Assembly (NCBI GenBank): GCA_050084515.1
Contig: CM114271.1
Span: 11,594,001 to 11,658,000, forward strand
Length of the DNA stretch: 64,000 bases
Direction: 5' to 3'
Source: Blasia pusilla
Lineage: Eukaryota
The notes below the pieces were generated by a model that was given only the letters and a program-made list of their open reading frames with translations, had not been told where the DNA came from and searched no databases. Position numbers and translations under genes: made by a program. Below, in pieces: positions 1-14,475 of the stretch. Positions within the stretch are counted from its first letter, which is position 1. Each line of letters begins with the position of its first letter.

Positions 1-1000
1 TTCCTACGGATTGGGGCACTTTTGCCTATTGGATGATGCCTTTTGGACTATGCAACGCCCCAGCCACTTTCCAAAGAATGATGATTTCTATCTTTCAGGA
101 ATACTTGCAAAGATTCATAGAGATCTTCCTGGATGAATTTTATGTCTTCAGTGTGCCATCCGAGCATTTGCAGAAGTTGGAGCTAAGCTTGGCTTAGTGC
201 AGAGAAGTGCAGATGTCTTTGCACCTGGAGAAGTCTTACATTGTAATGAAGGAGGGTATCCTATTGGGGCATTGAGTGTCTTCACGTGGTATCGAAGTAG
301 ATAAGGCTAAGGTGGAGATAATTTCAGAGTTGGAAGCACCCACGAGTCTTTGTGAGCTAAGAGGATTCTTGCCGCATGTGGGGTACTATCGCCAGTTCAT
401 TAAAGATTACGCACTAAAGGCAAAGCCTTTAACTATCCTACTGCAGAAGACCAAGGAGTGGGAGTGGTCTCCAACTTGTCAAGCTGCATTCCAGGAGTTG
501 AAGCAGGCGCTAATAACAACTCCAGTGCTTCGCCCTCCTGATTGGTCGAAGACGTTCCTGGTGTATGTCGACACCTCTTCGTTTGCAATTGGAGTAGTAC
601 TAAGTCAGTTGGATGAGAAAAAAAAAGGATTACCCCGTCTACTATGCACGTCGGTAACTCTCAATTGCGAAGCAAAAGTACACGACTACGGAGAGAAAAG
701 CCTTAGGAATGGTCTTTGCCTATAAGAAGTTTCGACATTACTTGCTGGGGTATCCGTTTGTCTTTCATGTCGACCATTTTGTGCTTCGTGCCTTAGTGAT
801 CAAAGCGGAGTTGTCTGGGAGGATTGCTAGGTGAATGTTGTTGTTCCAAGAGTTCACCTTTGATGTAGTAACAAGAGCGGGGAAGATCCATACCAACACG
901 GACTTCCTGTCGCGCTTGAGGGTGCCCATGACCAATCTCAAAAAGGCCCTGGAAGACAACTTTCCGGATGAAGATCTGTTCTTGGTGAGCAAAGAGATCT
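1..1000 (+). pseudogene. pol: Ty3/gypsy pol fragment (RT C-terminal half + RNase H), degenerate
   Basis: Translation gives MPFGLCNAPATFQR, FLDEF (YxDD position), GIEVDKAKV, LRGFL..VGYYRQFI, VYVDTSSFAIGVVLSQ and TTTEREALG-like motifs; internal stops and a frameshift near 625. Confidence 0.9.
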
Positions 1001-1089
1001 TGCAGGGGGAGGTGGTTGCAGCGACAAATTGGAGGGCGTGACGCATGCCCAACTTATCCGCGACACCAGCCCAACCAAGAACGAGCGCC

Positions 1090-1215
1090 GCACGTCATGC
1101 GCACTGGCCAAGCAAGGGTGGAATGCTCAATGTGTGCGGGCCCGAGTGCGGGCCACAGGCAACGTGGGCTCATGGAGCCCGCACGGACACGGACTTTGTC
1201 TTCGTGCAACCTTGA
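1090..1215. repeat. GC-rich dispersed repeat, related to 55880-56035
   Basis: Shared blocks GCAAGGGTGGAATGCTC, CATGGAGCCCGCA and ACTTTGTC..CGTGCAACCTTG in the same order at both loci. Confidence 0.6.
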
Positions 1216-1219
1216 TTCT

Positions 1220-2180
1220 GGTAGGCTTCTTCACTTTCTCCTCGTTCCCCCATTATCTTCAAACCATTCTTCTCTAACACGTTATTTCTAAAACTTGTTG
1301 GATTCCTACCACCTATCGGCATCCGACAGGTTGCATGACTCAAGTAGATTGGCCCTGAAAACGTGAAGAGTAAACATGAAGTGACCATGTGCATCTTCCA
1401 CTTTTTACGTCCTCTAGTACACTCCTAAAATCTGCCTCAATATTAGCCCAGATCTTCCATGCATGCCTACTCTATGGTGACTCTAGGAACACCTTCTTGA
1501 TTGATGCCACGTCTTGCAACAAGTTTGATTCAAATGGGTTGTACATGTTCAAACTTGTGAGAGGAAAGCCCCGGTAACTTGTCTTTATCTTGCAACCCGT
1601 CGGATTCCAACGGCTAGGAAGCTAAAGACAAAAAAAGATAGTGCTTGCAATCTGTCGGATTCTGACAAGTTGCAAGCACTTTTAATAATTTCAGTTTCGC
1701 TCGCACCATGGTTGTGTCGAATGGGGTATTTGATATGGGGAATTCGAGATGCCTTCTAATTGGTTGTTAGATTTTCAGAAAGTGTTGGAGATGAGGGTGG
1801 GAGTCTTGGATAAAGAGCCCACTGTAGGGTATTTTCGAACACGGAGATGCAAGTGTTGTTCATTAGTAAATCCACCTATAAGTTCATTCATGATGGTGGG
1901 TTGGTGTCTCTACTAGGAGAGAGATGATGAACTCTCATTCACTTTCATGATTGAGTGTTGATGTAACGTTTCCATCTTCACATTTTGGTCTGAAAAAATG
2001 TGGTTAGTTTTTCCCCCAAAGTGGTGCACTTCTTACTCTCTTTTAAAAATTGCTTGCATTTGAAGTAGGGGAGAAACCTCAAAAATGACAAAAAAATTGG
2101 AGAGAGGTTAAGGATTTGGCCCTTTTTTTTAGAAGAGAGACTCTCCTCTCTTCCTCTCTCATGCCGAATACCAACCCCCC
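1220..2180 (+). mobile_element. Diverged second copy of the right end of the palindrome-rich Mutator-like element
   Basis: 2112-2180 (GGATTTGGCCCTTTTTTT..AAGAGAGAC.CTCCTCTCTT..GAATACCAACCCCC) matches 22698-22765; 1221-1325 resembles 22068-22170; palindrome copies at 1590-1680. Confidence 0.6.
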
Positions 2181-3127
2181 AAGCATGGTACTTGACACTA
2201 GAAGGATTTAAATCCAAAAACCACTATAATTTAATACTCAGTTTAGTTCTCCCGGACTAATAACACTAACTTATAACTAGAAAACAAGTAGTATCAAAGG
2301 ACTCTTCATATAGGATTTCTAGTGTCACAATGATACGTTGGCATAGATTATTAACGTTGAGCTAGAAAGTGTACAAGTGGATAGAATCCTAGTCATCAAT
2401 CCAATGAGTATGACATGGAATTCTTACGATGCTTACGTGGATATTTGTACGATTCTGACACGTGGTAAAGAATGAGTGGTTGTGGTTGAAGTACAAGTGT
2501 GACACGTGGTCGAACGTTCTACATGTAGTGTATACAAATATACAAACTACTTACAATTATCCTGAACCAGTGGTTATTTCTAGTTGTATCCTAGTAACTA
2601 AATATAGTAATTATTTTCAGTGTATAGTTTTGGTATTTGATTAAAACTAGCGGTTATATCTTGTTGTATAATTGAAACTAAATAGTCATTCTTTCTAAAT
2701 GTACAATTTTGGTATTTGATAAAAAAACTAGTGGTCCTTTCTTTTTGTATAAGTGTAACTAAGTATAATCATTCTGTTTTAGTTCTATAGTGTTTGAATC
2801 TAATTAAAAACTAGTTCTAGTTTCATTACATTATTAAGATTATTTCTTTTATTTTTGTTTGATTGTTTATGTACATTGAACAGACTATAAATTTCTTTAG
2901 GAATGAATGTCTCACATACACTCACTTCAATACATTGAGCTGTGTGGTTGCACATCATTTATCAGAAGCATGACATCGAGCAAACCATAATATTTTTAAC
3001 AGTGAATGCATAGAATCATTTGTTCACATCCAATCCAACTTTATTCCATAGAGGATCAACAAAAATGGAAGATTTCCTCAACAAGAACAAGATGTAGAGC
3101 CATCATGGAAAAAGAAAGGAGCCCTAA

Positions 3128-5401
3128 CTAACTTCGGAGTGAAATCTTCTTCACTGATTTCTCTGGCCATAAGACGTTAGTGCCAGAAGCATGCTTTAGA
3201 AGTGTGTGAGGGGGATCATCTTCCAGGTTTGGAAATGGAAGCTCTGCATCCCCATCAATGATGATCAATACATCCACTTTGACAAGTCCCAAAGGAATAA
3301 TTTTTCCATGACAAGAATCCCTACCAGCAATGCCTGATATGCGTCCAGTGCCTACATGTTCCCAACCTCTTCGGCTCTGTGATAGAAAGATTGTATCTCC
3401 TATTCTCAATTGCAAAAGCCACACAATGCAATGAATCAACCCATAAGAAATCACCTGAAGCATATACATAGGTAGATAAGCATTTTTTTACTGTCAATCT
3501 GAAAATTGTACCTTCATGAAACTCCAACCAGGGCTTGGAATGTTGGATGTATAGCTCACTTGCTGCAATCAATTAAGTCATCAACGCGGAAATTGAACCA
3601 CAAGTTCTTTTAATATTGCAATCTTATTGAATCAAACTAAAAATCTAAGATCATACAAAGGTTCAGATCACGTAGAGTTACAGAATTGACTCACCATATT
3701 TCTTTCTTTCCTCTCGAGAAGCGTTGAACCCTTCCTCGTGGGCTTGCTTTTTTGCTTCAATTCGTTTTCTTTTTTTTTTATCCCCAACAAGGTTTTGAAG
3801 TGACTCCACAACCATTCTGGATTCTTGTTGAGGATCTTTAGGGGCAGCAAGCACGGATTCACGAGTCTCCTCCATGCCAATAGAGACACATTGTACATTC
3901 TTGGGCACAGGGCTAACATCCTGAGGTTTTTGTAGAGTAGAGATAGGCATAGTATCTTGTCTCTCTATAAGATTGTCAAGTGAAGAAGATGCTTGAACTT
4001 CAATTGATCTGATGTTCTCACCGAGAGGATCAAGAATAGAATTGGAAATTTTTGGGATCATCACAACCTCAGGGATCTCAACTGGTGATGGAGGAGGTGG
4101 TGTATTGTTTTGTCCCTTACTTACCATACCCTTTAGTTCTGTCATCATTCCCATCAAGATTTCCATGCGTGATTTGAGACCACCCAAGTCCTTTTCCACC
4201 ACTTGTATCCTATCTGTCAAGGTGGATAAACCACTCTAAGAAACAATACCAACATACAAGTGAGATATTTTCTGGTAAGAAAAAATGGATGAAGATACAA
4301 TTTTAGGTCATATGACCAACTTCTAAGTTCACTTTACAGCAAGCCAATTCACCATACTATGCTAAAGAAACTTCTGTATCTGTAGTTTCACTTTACATAA
4401 GGCCAATTTTGAATATTATGCCAAGACAACTTCTGAATTTGTAAGAGAAATTTACAACAAGCCAATTTTGAATATCATACAGCAAGACAACTTCTGAAAT
4501 TGTAAGAGAATTTTACAACAAGCCAATTTCGAATACCATAGAGCAAGTCAACTTCTGAAAGTGTAGCAACGTCTTGCAGCAAGCCAATTAAGAATACTAT
4601 GCCAAGACAACTTCTATTTTTTGTAACATAATTATCAAGAAGGTCACAAATTAGCTTACCTTATTAACAGTTGCTTGGCTTGGGGATGCTCTTCCTACAT
4701 CCAAAGACTCCTCAATGTCTTGTAGTGATGGACTTCTCCCGCCCATCTCTTTCCGCTACATTCCATCAAATCAGGTTAGGATTGCAATTTAAGCTTTAGA
4801 TGTCTAGAAGATTTAGAAACAGAATGTAAACTTGCTTGAAGAGATACTGAGAACAAAAGCACGAGTTTACCAAAGTGTGCTTTGCTCTTGCATAACCACG
4901 CCTTCCATTGGGATTGGGATTCTCCACCTTTGAGCGATTGGCCTTCATACACTTAGATTTGTTTTGTCCTTCGGTAGACAACCAATATGATTTCAAACTT
5001 TCCCAACTCTTAGGATTCACATCCGGAGGAGAGGGGCATTCGGGAGAACACCCTGCCTCTATCCACATCCTCTTCAATCAAGCCCTCTCTCTCTTCATTA
5101 GTTCTTGGAGAGAGTTTCGCCAAAATTTCTCACTAAGTTCACCCCCCGTGTATTCATAGTGGGCATCAACATCCCTACGCACAACTTTTAAATCAGTATA
5201 TGTTTATTTAGCAACATCAACAATGCTGATGTCTAAGTGTCGATGCACTGCAACCTTTACTTCATCGTACCAACTACTTTTTCCGTCACAACCATATACT
5301 ATCTCACTTTCTGTTGTAACCTCAACCAAGAGTTTTAGCCCAGCTCGCTCTCGAATCTTGCTGGCCGCCTTCCATGCATTATAGTCCTCCTTTCTCTTCA
5401 T
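3128..5401 (-). CDS. CACTA TnpA-like protein exons (multi-exon, possibly degenerate)
   Basis: PPDVNPKSWESLKSYWLSTEGQNKSKCMKANRSKVENP..GRRGYA (Transposase_24-like, 4870-5077), coiled-coil exon 3678-4220, C-terminal VGTGRI..CHGKIIP..VKVDV..LPFP..VLWP (3128-3410); exon boundaries not fully resolved. Confidence 0.65.
4330..4620. repeat. ~60-bp minisatellite (about 5 copies) in a CACTA intron
   Basis: Recurrent AGCCAATT..AATA..AT..CAAGACAACTTCT at ~60-bp spacing. Confidence 0.75.
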
Positions 5402-6884
5402 CCATTTAATAGATGATTCTACACCAACAATTTCCCACTTCTACACTTTAGAAAAATCAAAATCCCTCTCCTTACTACATGGTCCAATCAGACATAATAT
5501 GACCCCATTAATACAGTGACTTATCTTACCAAGTGGACCAGGTTGGTAATCACTTGGTGGAACCTGTGGGGCAAGACCAGGATTTGGGGCAAAGAAATGT
5601 CCACTAAAGAAGCCAGGGGGTTGGCCCCATCCAGGAGGAATAGAAACTGCATGCCATACTTCAATATGCATCAACAATATGCTTGTAAGGGCTCATGGAG
5701 CCTGCAAAAAATGACCCCTTGTTCAAACTTCTAACTTCATGAAACATTATGGCAGGTGTTTAGGGTACCTTTTGAGTACTTGACATGGCCGAAGGCCATT
5801 GTGTGAGCATCTGGAACCCTGGGTACATCCCAGGAATCGGCCATTGTAGGACTCCAGGAAGATGGGAAAGTGGATTCTTCTCACTTTCTTTTTGTTTCTT
5901 GCCTGGACTAGGACGCTATCGCCAAACAATTTCATCTAAGTGAGTCATTTTAGTATTTGCAAGAAAGAAGCTATGAACGAATAAAGTTCTATGCAAGTAT
6001 TTCAATGTTTGCAATTAAGAGACTTGTTACTTACACATTCTTCACCCACCTTGCCACGATTCTTCTTCTGCCTTAACGGAGACCTCCCCTTGGCTACTCA
6101 AATCTGTTCTTAACCTTCATGGGAAGATTGTTGAGGTGTTGCATCATAGTCTTTATCGGACTCACTATTACTACTAAACCCTTTCTCTTCATCATTTGAT
6201 GAGTCCTCCAACATAATTGTTTTCTGTGCTACAACACTCTGAGTATTATATACCTTTGGAGTTGATGAACAAGCACCCTCGCTGGTTCTTGCTCTCTTTT
6301 GAAGAACAGGCTCGTTAAGAGGTGGAAGAACTCTCCTTCAAACCAAATTTGCCACCAATCCATCTAATGTTAGTAAGATTATAGTCACAAAGGATGAAAA
6401 TTGAAACCATTATAAAGTAAGTCCAGCAAAGTGCAAGTTCAAAGAGTACTTCTTACCGAAACTCCTCCCCAAGTTTATTTGTCGCCTCTCTCACAAAAGC
6501 CACACGCTCCTCACGTAGTCGATGGTATTTACTGCAAGGACTCTCCTCTACAATGCGGGTCTTGTCATCAGTCTCAGAGTCTCTGCCCACCTCCGATGGC
6601 ATGATCATTCAAACGCTATTGAAATTGGACCCGATGTCAAACTACAAATAAAGTCCAATTGTAAGTACTTCTCTAGGAATTTTTTTCTCAAAAAAGATAT
6701 ATGTCATCAAGTTGGGTAAAGTACCTGAAACAGATAGATCCAAAATCCAAAAAAAAATTAAGAAAACTTAATTTTCACAATACCAAGGCATACTATTATC
6801 ATTGAAAATCCTCCTCACACAAAACCTTACAAGGTAAAGTTGTTGCCCTACTTGTATAGAATAACACTAGCATTCATGAATTGA

Positions 6885-9800
6885 CTATTCATCTTGACTA
6901 TCTGAGCTACTATTTTGCTCCTTCTCATCCTCAAATGTATGAGCCTCATACAGTCCTTCATCTCCATCCTCTATACTAATGGTAGTGTAGTCCATATTCG
7001 CTAGTGCTATTTCTGCATCTGATAGTTGTATTGCCCCAACCAGGGTTACGTTAGGAACTTCACTCTCTAGTTGTGTATGAGCATCAAACCCTCTAGGTTG
7101 CAAGCTATCATTTCTTGATAAGTCTACACTCTCCCCCACTACCCGTCTTGATCGTGCTTCTTTTTGCATAACAACTTTCCATCCTAGCCTATCTTCTACA
7201 TCTCCATAAAATACTTGCTCTACTTGGCTAGGAAAAACAAAAGGATCAGAATTCAAGGGCAGGAATTTTCTAAAGTTGGCTAGTAGGAAACCATTCTCAT
7301 CATAAAGCATGTTGGGTTCTCGGGAGCCCCATGTAGATTGAACCCATTTTCCCCTCATCAAGATAATGGGTTGCTCTAACCGGCCATAATCCATAACTAA
7401 AATATCATACAAGAGGCCAACATAAGGCATGTGATGATTTGCAATGGCTTCCTCCGACGGATGAGATTCAAAGATTGATGCAATCCCCGAATCAAAGGTT
7501 GTGTAATCACTTCCATCATCTACCCTAAAATGGTTTCCATAAGCTTTCATCTTTTTGTATGACAAGTAAAACCGAGAAGGTGGGATCGACAATTTTACAA
7601 CCATATCATCAATGGCATGGCCGAAAGCTATCCATTCTATAATCTTTGGACGGATCCACTGAGAGAATGTGGAATCCCCATTGCCCTCCTCTCTGAACTT
7701 TCTGCACAATAACCAGCGATGACAAACTTTTAAAAACCAACACCTTCCATTAACTACAAAAGGTAGTTATTTCTTTCTGGACAAATAATATGATTCGATA
7801 CAAATAGAAAGGCTAGAAGGAAACTAGATGGAAAGAATTTACATAACACTAGTACTTACTCCAACCATACTGTGAAACATTCACTATTGTGGAGCACATA
7901 TGCATGTGTCACTTCAAGAATTTCAGAGCTCATTTGACGCTTGGTCCCGGCATCTTCTAACACCTCGCCAATAACTCCTTCATCCTCGCTCGCATCCCAA
8001 ACTCTTGTTTGTATGACATCATAGTTTTGCATGTATTCGGTGATGAAACCAAGAGCTTCATCAAGTAGATATCCTTCAGCCATACAGCCTTCTAGTCTAG
8101 CACGTGATCTGACATAATTCTTCAATACACCCAAATATCTCTCCACAAGGTACATCCACCGATATGGAACACGGCCACAAATATCAAGCTCTTCAACCAA
8201 ATGGACAAGGAGGTGAGTCATCACGTCAAAGAAGGAAGGGGGAAAGTGTATCTCCATGAGGCAAAGCGTGGTAGAAATGTCCTCTTTTAAGGATTCAAAA
8301 TCCTCATGGTTGTATGTCTTCACACAAAGGCGTTGGAAAATTGTGGAGATGCGCATGATAGTCATCTTGACTGGGCTTTTCAGGAGTCCACGCAAAAAGA
8401 ATGGTAAGAGTTGTTGCATAAAAATATGATGGTCATGGGACTTAAGTGCACCCACATTCTTCCGTAGAAGATGTTTCTGTAAAGCGCCAGCATAACCGCT
8501 AGGAACTTTTAGACTTTGTACCCTAGCGTCAAATATCTTAATCTCCTCAGGGGTAAGCACGTAATCTGCCTTTGGTTTTAACTTGACGGATGATCTACTA
8601 GGATGCCCTTGAAGCCACAAGTGATGCCTAATTCCCCTAACCTCCATGTCTTGCCTAACTTGAACCGAGTCCTTGTTTTTCATACCAAACAAGGTTTTCA
8701 ACATATTGTTCGCAACATTTTTTTCACAATGCATAATGTCAAGGGTATGACGGATCAATAAATCTTGAAAAATTATCAAGAAGGAATAGTGTGAATTTCG
8801 GGTTCATCCATGCACTCAACAAAGAAACCAGTAGGTGATCAAACCAACACAATTACCACAAGAAATGGAAAGTGTGGAAAAGTATGAAAAAATGCAAACA
8901 TCTTCAATAGGTTTTACTCACCTTCCAATAAGGCAGCTCGAATAGAATGCTCTTTCGTTGGACCCCATACACTTTGTAGGGATCAACCATCCTCTGCTCA
9001 CCCCTCTTGTGCCTAGGTCTTGGCGTTTCATCAAATATCTTCTTCATTTCAGCCCATCTCAATATGTCATGACTGGTCACGCGCTTGGGCCTTGGACAAT
9101 TTTCAATATGTCGATTGAAAAGATGCGCAAATTGGATCTTCCTGTAAGGATGATTCCTATCTTTATACCGTCGGTGGCCTTGAAATGTTGGCTTATGCAA
9201 AGGTTTAGAATAATATGAATCTACTTGTGGTCCACACACCACGCATGCCAGTTTTCCCTTGGTACATTGGCCAGAGACCACACCTAGCCCAAGATAGTCA
9301 CTAATAGTGCATATGATCATGGCTCTAAGAAGGAACTTATCTTGGCCTTCAGGAAGAGAACTATCATATGCAACAACTCCTTTCCAAAGTAGTTGAAACT
9401 CGTTTACAAGTAGGGCTAAATACACATCTAAGTTATGAGAAGACACTGACTCCTTACCATGAATGATCAAAGCCAATTGGAGAAAGAATTTCTTTGTACA
9501 CAACCATGGTGGAAGATTGTAGTTCACCAAAATAACAGGCCAAGTTGACCAAACTAAACTCTTTTCCCTAAAAGGATTTACTCCATCTAAAGCGAGCCCT
9601 AATCGACACTTACGAGGCTCGTTCATGAACTCTGGCCAACGCTCATCTATATCTTTCCACTGTCGACAATCTCCAGCATGACGCACTTTACCATCGCTAC
9701 TTTTGTTTTCTGATGTCCATTTCATTAGTTCAGCTATGGTCTTACATCTATACATACGTTGTAGCCAAGGGATAATTGGAAAGTGTCTGAGAACCTTTAC

Positions 9801-10098
9801 ATCAATCTTTGTTTTCCCTTGCACCTTATATCGAGGGGAGTTGCACTTTGAGCAATTCAACAAGTCCTTATGCTCTCCATTGAAGAGCATACAACCATTG
9901 GGACAACAATGAATTTGAATATAATTCAAACCCAACTTATTGATCAATGTTTTTGCATCATAGTGGTTTCTTGGAACCACATTCTCATTGGGCATGACTT
10001 GCAATGCCAGGAATTTTAGGATCTCATCCACATCAATATTTGAGACATTGTGAGTACCACATATGTTTAAGAACAACATGGTGAATGCAAGTTTGCAA
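6885..10098 (-). CDS. tnpD: CACTA TnpD transposase (Transposase_21 + DUF4218 + DUF4216-type segments), 3 exons, N-terminus missing
   Basis: IHCCPNGCMLF, LRHFPIIPWLQRMY, RLGLALDGVNPF, STWPVILVNYNLPPW, SILFELPYW | RHTLDIMHCEKNV, LKSHDHH, FPPSFFDVMTHLLVHL, RWMYLVERY | PFVFPSQVEQVFY; GT donors at 8921 and 7859. Confidence 0.92.
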
Positions 10099-10500
10099 GG
10101 TGCGGTAAGAGGAGAGGAAGAGAGAAAGAGAGGAGAGAGGAGAGAGGAAACTACCTTCAACCGAAATAGATACTTTTTTTTTAAGAGAGTTTCCGTTGGG
10201 TTGAAGAGAGGAAACTTTTTGTGTGAATTTTTTTGCACTTTTTTGTTCATTTATTAAACAATCCCATAGTTTTTTTTTCCTCTTCCATATTTTGGCAACC
10301 CCTTTGAGTCGGACGAGTTGCAAATTGCACAAAATTTACAAAACTGAGAAATCAATGGAATCATAAGTGTGGAACCAATCACTTTTTCCATCCAAGGTTT
10401 GGAAAAAATCTATCATTTGCCCCGGGCTGAATAGAGTTCAAGCTCACAGTGAAGGTTGAGAAAAAAATAAAAGTACAATCTAAAACCTCATGTTGCATCC

Positions 10501-13500
10501 TCAAAGTGGTTTGTTTAAAATACTTCGAACTTCTTTGAGGGACGAATTGGTTGGTGGATTCCTACTCCTACCTCCGACTCTCTTAAAACTACCAAAGAAC
10601 ACATAGTACATGTGCTTACAAGGGAAATACCTTTTGCCACTTGTCTCTCTTTGGACAAAGTCATCACATGAACATGTGGGAAAGCAACAGATGTGCACCA
10701 CATACACCCCTCTGACACTTGAATTTACAGTGTTGTTCGTGACCCAATACATCCTTCCTATTTCATTGCCACTCAGGACATCTTTCGTGGCAATGATCTC
10801 CATTTTTGCCTCCCGAGTGCTTTGCAATTTGTTTTGCTCTCTCCACCGTTGGCCTACACATCTTTGTTTCTCTTCACCCCATTTCTAGACTCAAACAGAA
10901 ATAATGGATTGAGATCATCCACCTTCTCCGGTACATGTTGACATCAATCTCGGGTTGAATACAAAATGCGAAGGTCTCTGAATGCGAACATGCTCCAAAC
11001 TTCCCCGTCTCACGAGTTTGAAACCGGCACTTGTAAGATTGTCCACCGCCTTGAGTGCGTTCGTACTGCTCATGCAATGGGCCAAATCGTGAGGGTATTC
11101 CCTGGAGCTCCAATGGCAGCGGATAAGACTTCCGAAAGCGCAAGATTCATTTGGGCGAAGATGTACTTCAATTGATCGGTCCTCGTGAAACGATCAAAGG
11201 TTTTGAGTCCCCAAAACCAGGCAATGGTCGTCGATCCCTTGTACGATTCTTAGGAAAGTGCCGCATGCTCTCCTAATGCCATCGATTCTACGCCTGCAGG
11301 TGGGTCCACGCCCAGGGTTGCTCCGAGATATATGCCACCGTTTTAGGTTGCAATCCACCTCCATTACCGGAATCCCATATTGTTGAACCACCCCAGTGAC
11401 ATGATGTTGCGAACTTCCAGCAACGGAGGGCTTTTGAAATAAAACATTCATTGATTTTGGAGAAGTAACTCCATCACGGATTTGGGACGGGTCCGGGGTC
11501 CTCGAATACCTGGGCGGTGTAATTTCCTCATCCAAATCAATCACCGGATTTGTTCCTCGATGTCGCCTCTTCACCGCTCAAGTCAAGATACTTATCTGGT
11601 CTCCACGAGTCTCGTTCGGACTGCTCTACCACCATCTGTATGGGACGTCTTGAAACCCGCCCATGAATATCCCCACCTATGTGTACGTCTTGCTCGAGTG
11701 GAGTTCCAGCTACGCACCGGTTGAAGGCTTCGACATACAATTTTTCATCACCAGATCTCACGGCCATACGACATAGAGCTCGTAGATCGACGACCCTTTT
11801 CCTTTTGTTATGCCTTTTGTGAGGAAGATATGGGATGCTGCAGACTGTAGCATTGCTCTTGCCTGGTCTTGTTGGCATGCCTCCACAAGTGAAATTCGTT
11901 GGCATGCTTGTGACGACCTCCAAGAGGAATGAACACTTTCTGCTCCACTTGTGTTGGGGCAGAGGGCATTTTCATGAACGTTCAATCCCTGCAACGACGG
12001 AAATGTTAGAAGGGAACGAAAATAACCCAGGAGTCAAAGAAATAAGCAACCTGTCGGAACTAGACGGGTTGCAGGCCCGAGGCATCCCATGAACGACTCT
12101 GCGACCCCTCGGGTCCCGACGTGTTGTAACCTTAAACCCACATGCTGCAACCCGTCGGAACCTGACGGGTTGCAAGGCCGAGGCATCCCATGAACGACTC
12201 TGTGACCGGTCGGGTCCCGAATGGTTGCACACTCGGGACGACACCAGACATCTGGATGCAACCCGTCGGTTTCCGTCGGGTTGCACCCTTGGGCAACTCG
12301 TTGGTTTCCGTCGGGTTGCCCGAGTGTGCAACCCGTCGGTTTCCGTCGGGTTGCACACTCGGGCAACCCGTGGCATCCGACAGCTTGCTTGGTTTCTTGG
12401 GTTTGAAATCCATATAATTCCCACGCTTCTCACCCTGAGCTACAACTTTACAAAAAATTCTCAGCGTGAGCTTGACAAGACAAAATAGTGAACTCACCTG
12501 CCGCATGAAGTTTCCCCATTGTCTCATACGTACAGTCCACCAACTCAACCAAGAGCACAACTCTTTGTACTTCCCCTCAATTGCATGCTTCCTCCACCAC
12601 CCATGAAGTTCTTCCTGGCAGTCCATGGCCTGCTTCAAGGTTTTGTTGTCCTTGCATCGTTGGAGTAGAGTGACATGCTCTGTCCTCTTATTCTCCTTGC
12701 TGCAAGATTTGGTGTACCGGGTCACAGACTGTTGCCAATGGAAAGCATCCGACCTTTCCCTCTCCAGTTGAACCTCTCCATCCCATAACACTTCCCGGAT
12801 AGCAATCCACCCAGGTTGTGCATTTTCCGCCATGAACCCATAAATTTCCGGAGGTGGCCTTTTGTTTTCCTTCACCACCTCCAATAAGAGTAACCAGCAC
12901 ATCTTCAAACTGCCAACGTCTTCTGCCTTTACTTCACACACAAATATAGTTTTGAGTCCCTTCTCCACATGGTCATAAACGTGAGCACCCATCGTCAACC
13001 ATCCGTTCAGCACTCTATAGCAAATATCAAAGTTGACCCAGCTCCCGTAAAAATCTTCTCCTTCCCTCATTCGATCTATAAGATCGAGGCCACTCGAGGG
13101 ACCTGTGGTTGACATTTTGAAGACATAGGCCCTGGATCCCTCGCCTCCTTGGCCCATGAACTGCCATCTCTGAATGAATGGAAATCTGGAGTTGGCCTTG
13201 ATTCTGGCGATGGCATCCATTTCGGCCGTCTTTCCATCCGTAACTCGATCGTCGACGCAAACAAATTCGGAAGCATTCAGGATCAGCGAGAAATGCGAGA
13301 TTTTCCCAGAGTTGTTTCTCCTCAACCGCCGTGATCTCGCCCTGTCCAGGGATTCCAAGCAATTGTTCACAAATTTGTGATGCCGTTGTGAGCTTGATCA
13401 CCCCGGGCTTTGAACCCGGAGAGTTTCTGAAGACCTCGGCTACTTTCTTGGCCACATCCTCCTTGATGTGTCTTTGAATTGCATCGGTCACAGGATGAGT

Positions 13501-14475
13501 GTGGGAGCCAACATGAACTGCCAGCCTTGTATACTCTGACGTGGAGCCCAAGTCATGGACAATGAAAAATATGTATGCAAGACACGCTCCAATGCAGAAG
13601 GGCGACGCTTGACAATGAGGACATCGATGGCCTCCCGGCGGTATTGTGGCACCCACCTCGTATGGAGTTTCTGCATTCTTGGGGGGGAATTGCGACGTAT
13701 TGACTCACCCGTTGCGCTCTAGATACGGGCATGCTGGACTTCTACACTCCAAGGCTCCCACGCATTGGCGGCGGGAGACAATCCAAGGACCATCTGGGAT
13801 GGAAGCACTGGTCCGTTGAAGCCTGCACCATCGATGACAATCAGACTTTCTGTCCATACCCTTCAGGCGTCCTCCATCCTTCTTTTGAGCAAGAGCAGCA
13901 AGTGGAGGCAACTCAAAAATGCAATTACCATCGTACGTGGGCGGCACCTCGTCGACAAGAATGTGCTTGAACATTTTCAAGGGCAGAGACGAAAGCAAAC
14001 TATTGCCTGATACTCGCAAGAGGAACGAGTAGGCGGACACAGGGCCCGATTGGTGTCCGACAGATCCGCTGAGGTTGATAACATCCGGGATCTCTTCAGG
14101 AAGAACAACGTTGTTACGAGTGTGCAAAGTTGGAGTCGAAGCCGGATCTGCAGAGCTTGGAGTTGCAAACGTAGAGCTCGGAGCACTAGGAAATTCTAGA
14201 CCGTCTATTTGGGAAACAAACGAATTCAGGGGCAGGCCGTAAACTCTGTATTGACCATTTGCAACAGGTAGGAGATTCCATACTTTACGGTCTGAGGTCA
14301 CTGGCTGGACCGTCTCACCTATTATGTCTTCCGTACCTTCCATCCTAACATCTTTGGATACAAAGATGGTTCCAATTTGAAGAAGAGATCGAACAGACAG
14401 AAAATTTTCATCCACTACTACGAAAGACTCACGAGCTTGGGGTCGAATGATTTCTGATTGAGGAAGGGCCGCCAA
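10501..14475 (-). pseudogene. MULE/Mutator-type DDE transposase with N-terminal GCM/WRKY-like Zn finger and C-terminal SWIM finger (frameshifted)
   Basis: CVGALECRSPAC..CPHC..HVGSHTHP (13490-13765); VNFDICYRV, GFMAENAQ, RSDAFHWQQS (12730-13040); GT-AG intron 12497-11989 joins QWGNFMRQ to GLNVHENALCPNTSGAESVHSSW (third catalytic E); SWIM CSCDDF..PCKHMYYV (10600-10680). Confidence 0.8.
12045..12385. repeat. Palindrome array in the transposase intron
   Basis: Repeated GCAACCCGTCGG-N3-CCG(A/T)CGGGTTGC units inside intron 11989-12497. Confidence 0.9.

Larger units (their letters stand above)
2222..10098 (-). mobile_element. CACTA (En/Spm) DNA transposon, 5'-truncated
   Basis: Candidate terminus CACTATAATT at 2222 followed by AT-rich subterminal repeats; TnpA-like and TnpD exons on the minus strand; TnpD homology stops at ~10098. 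Confidence 0.8.
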
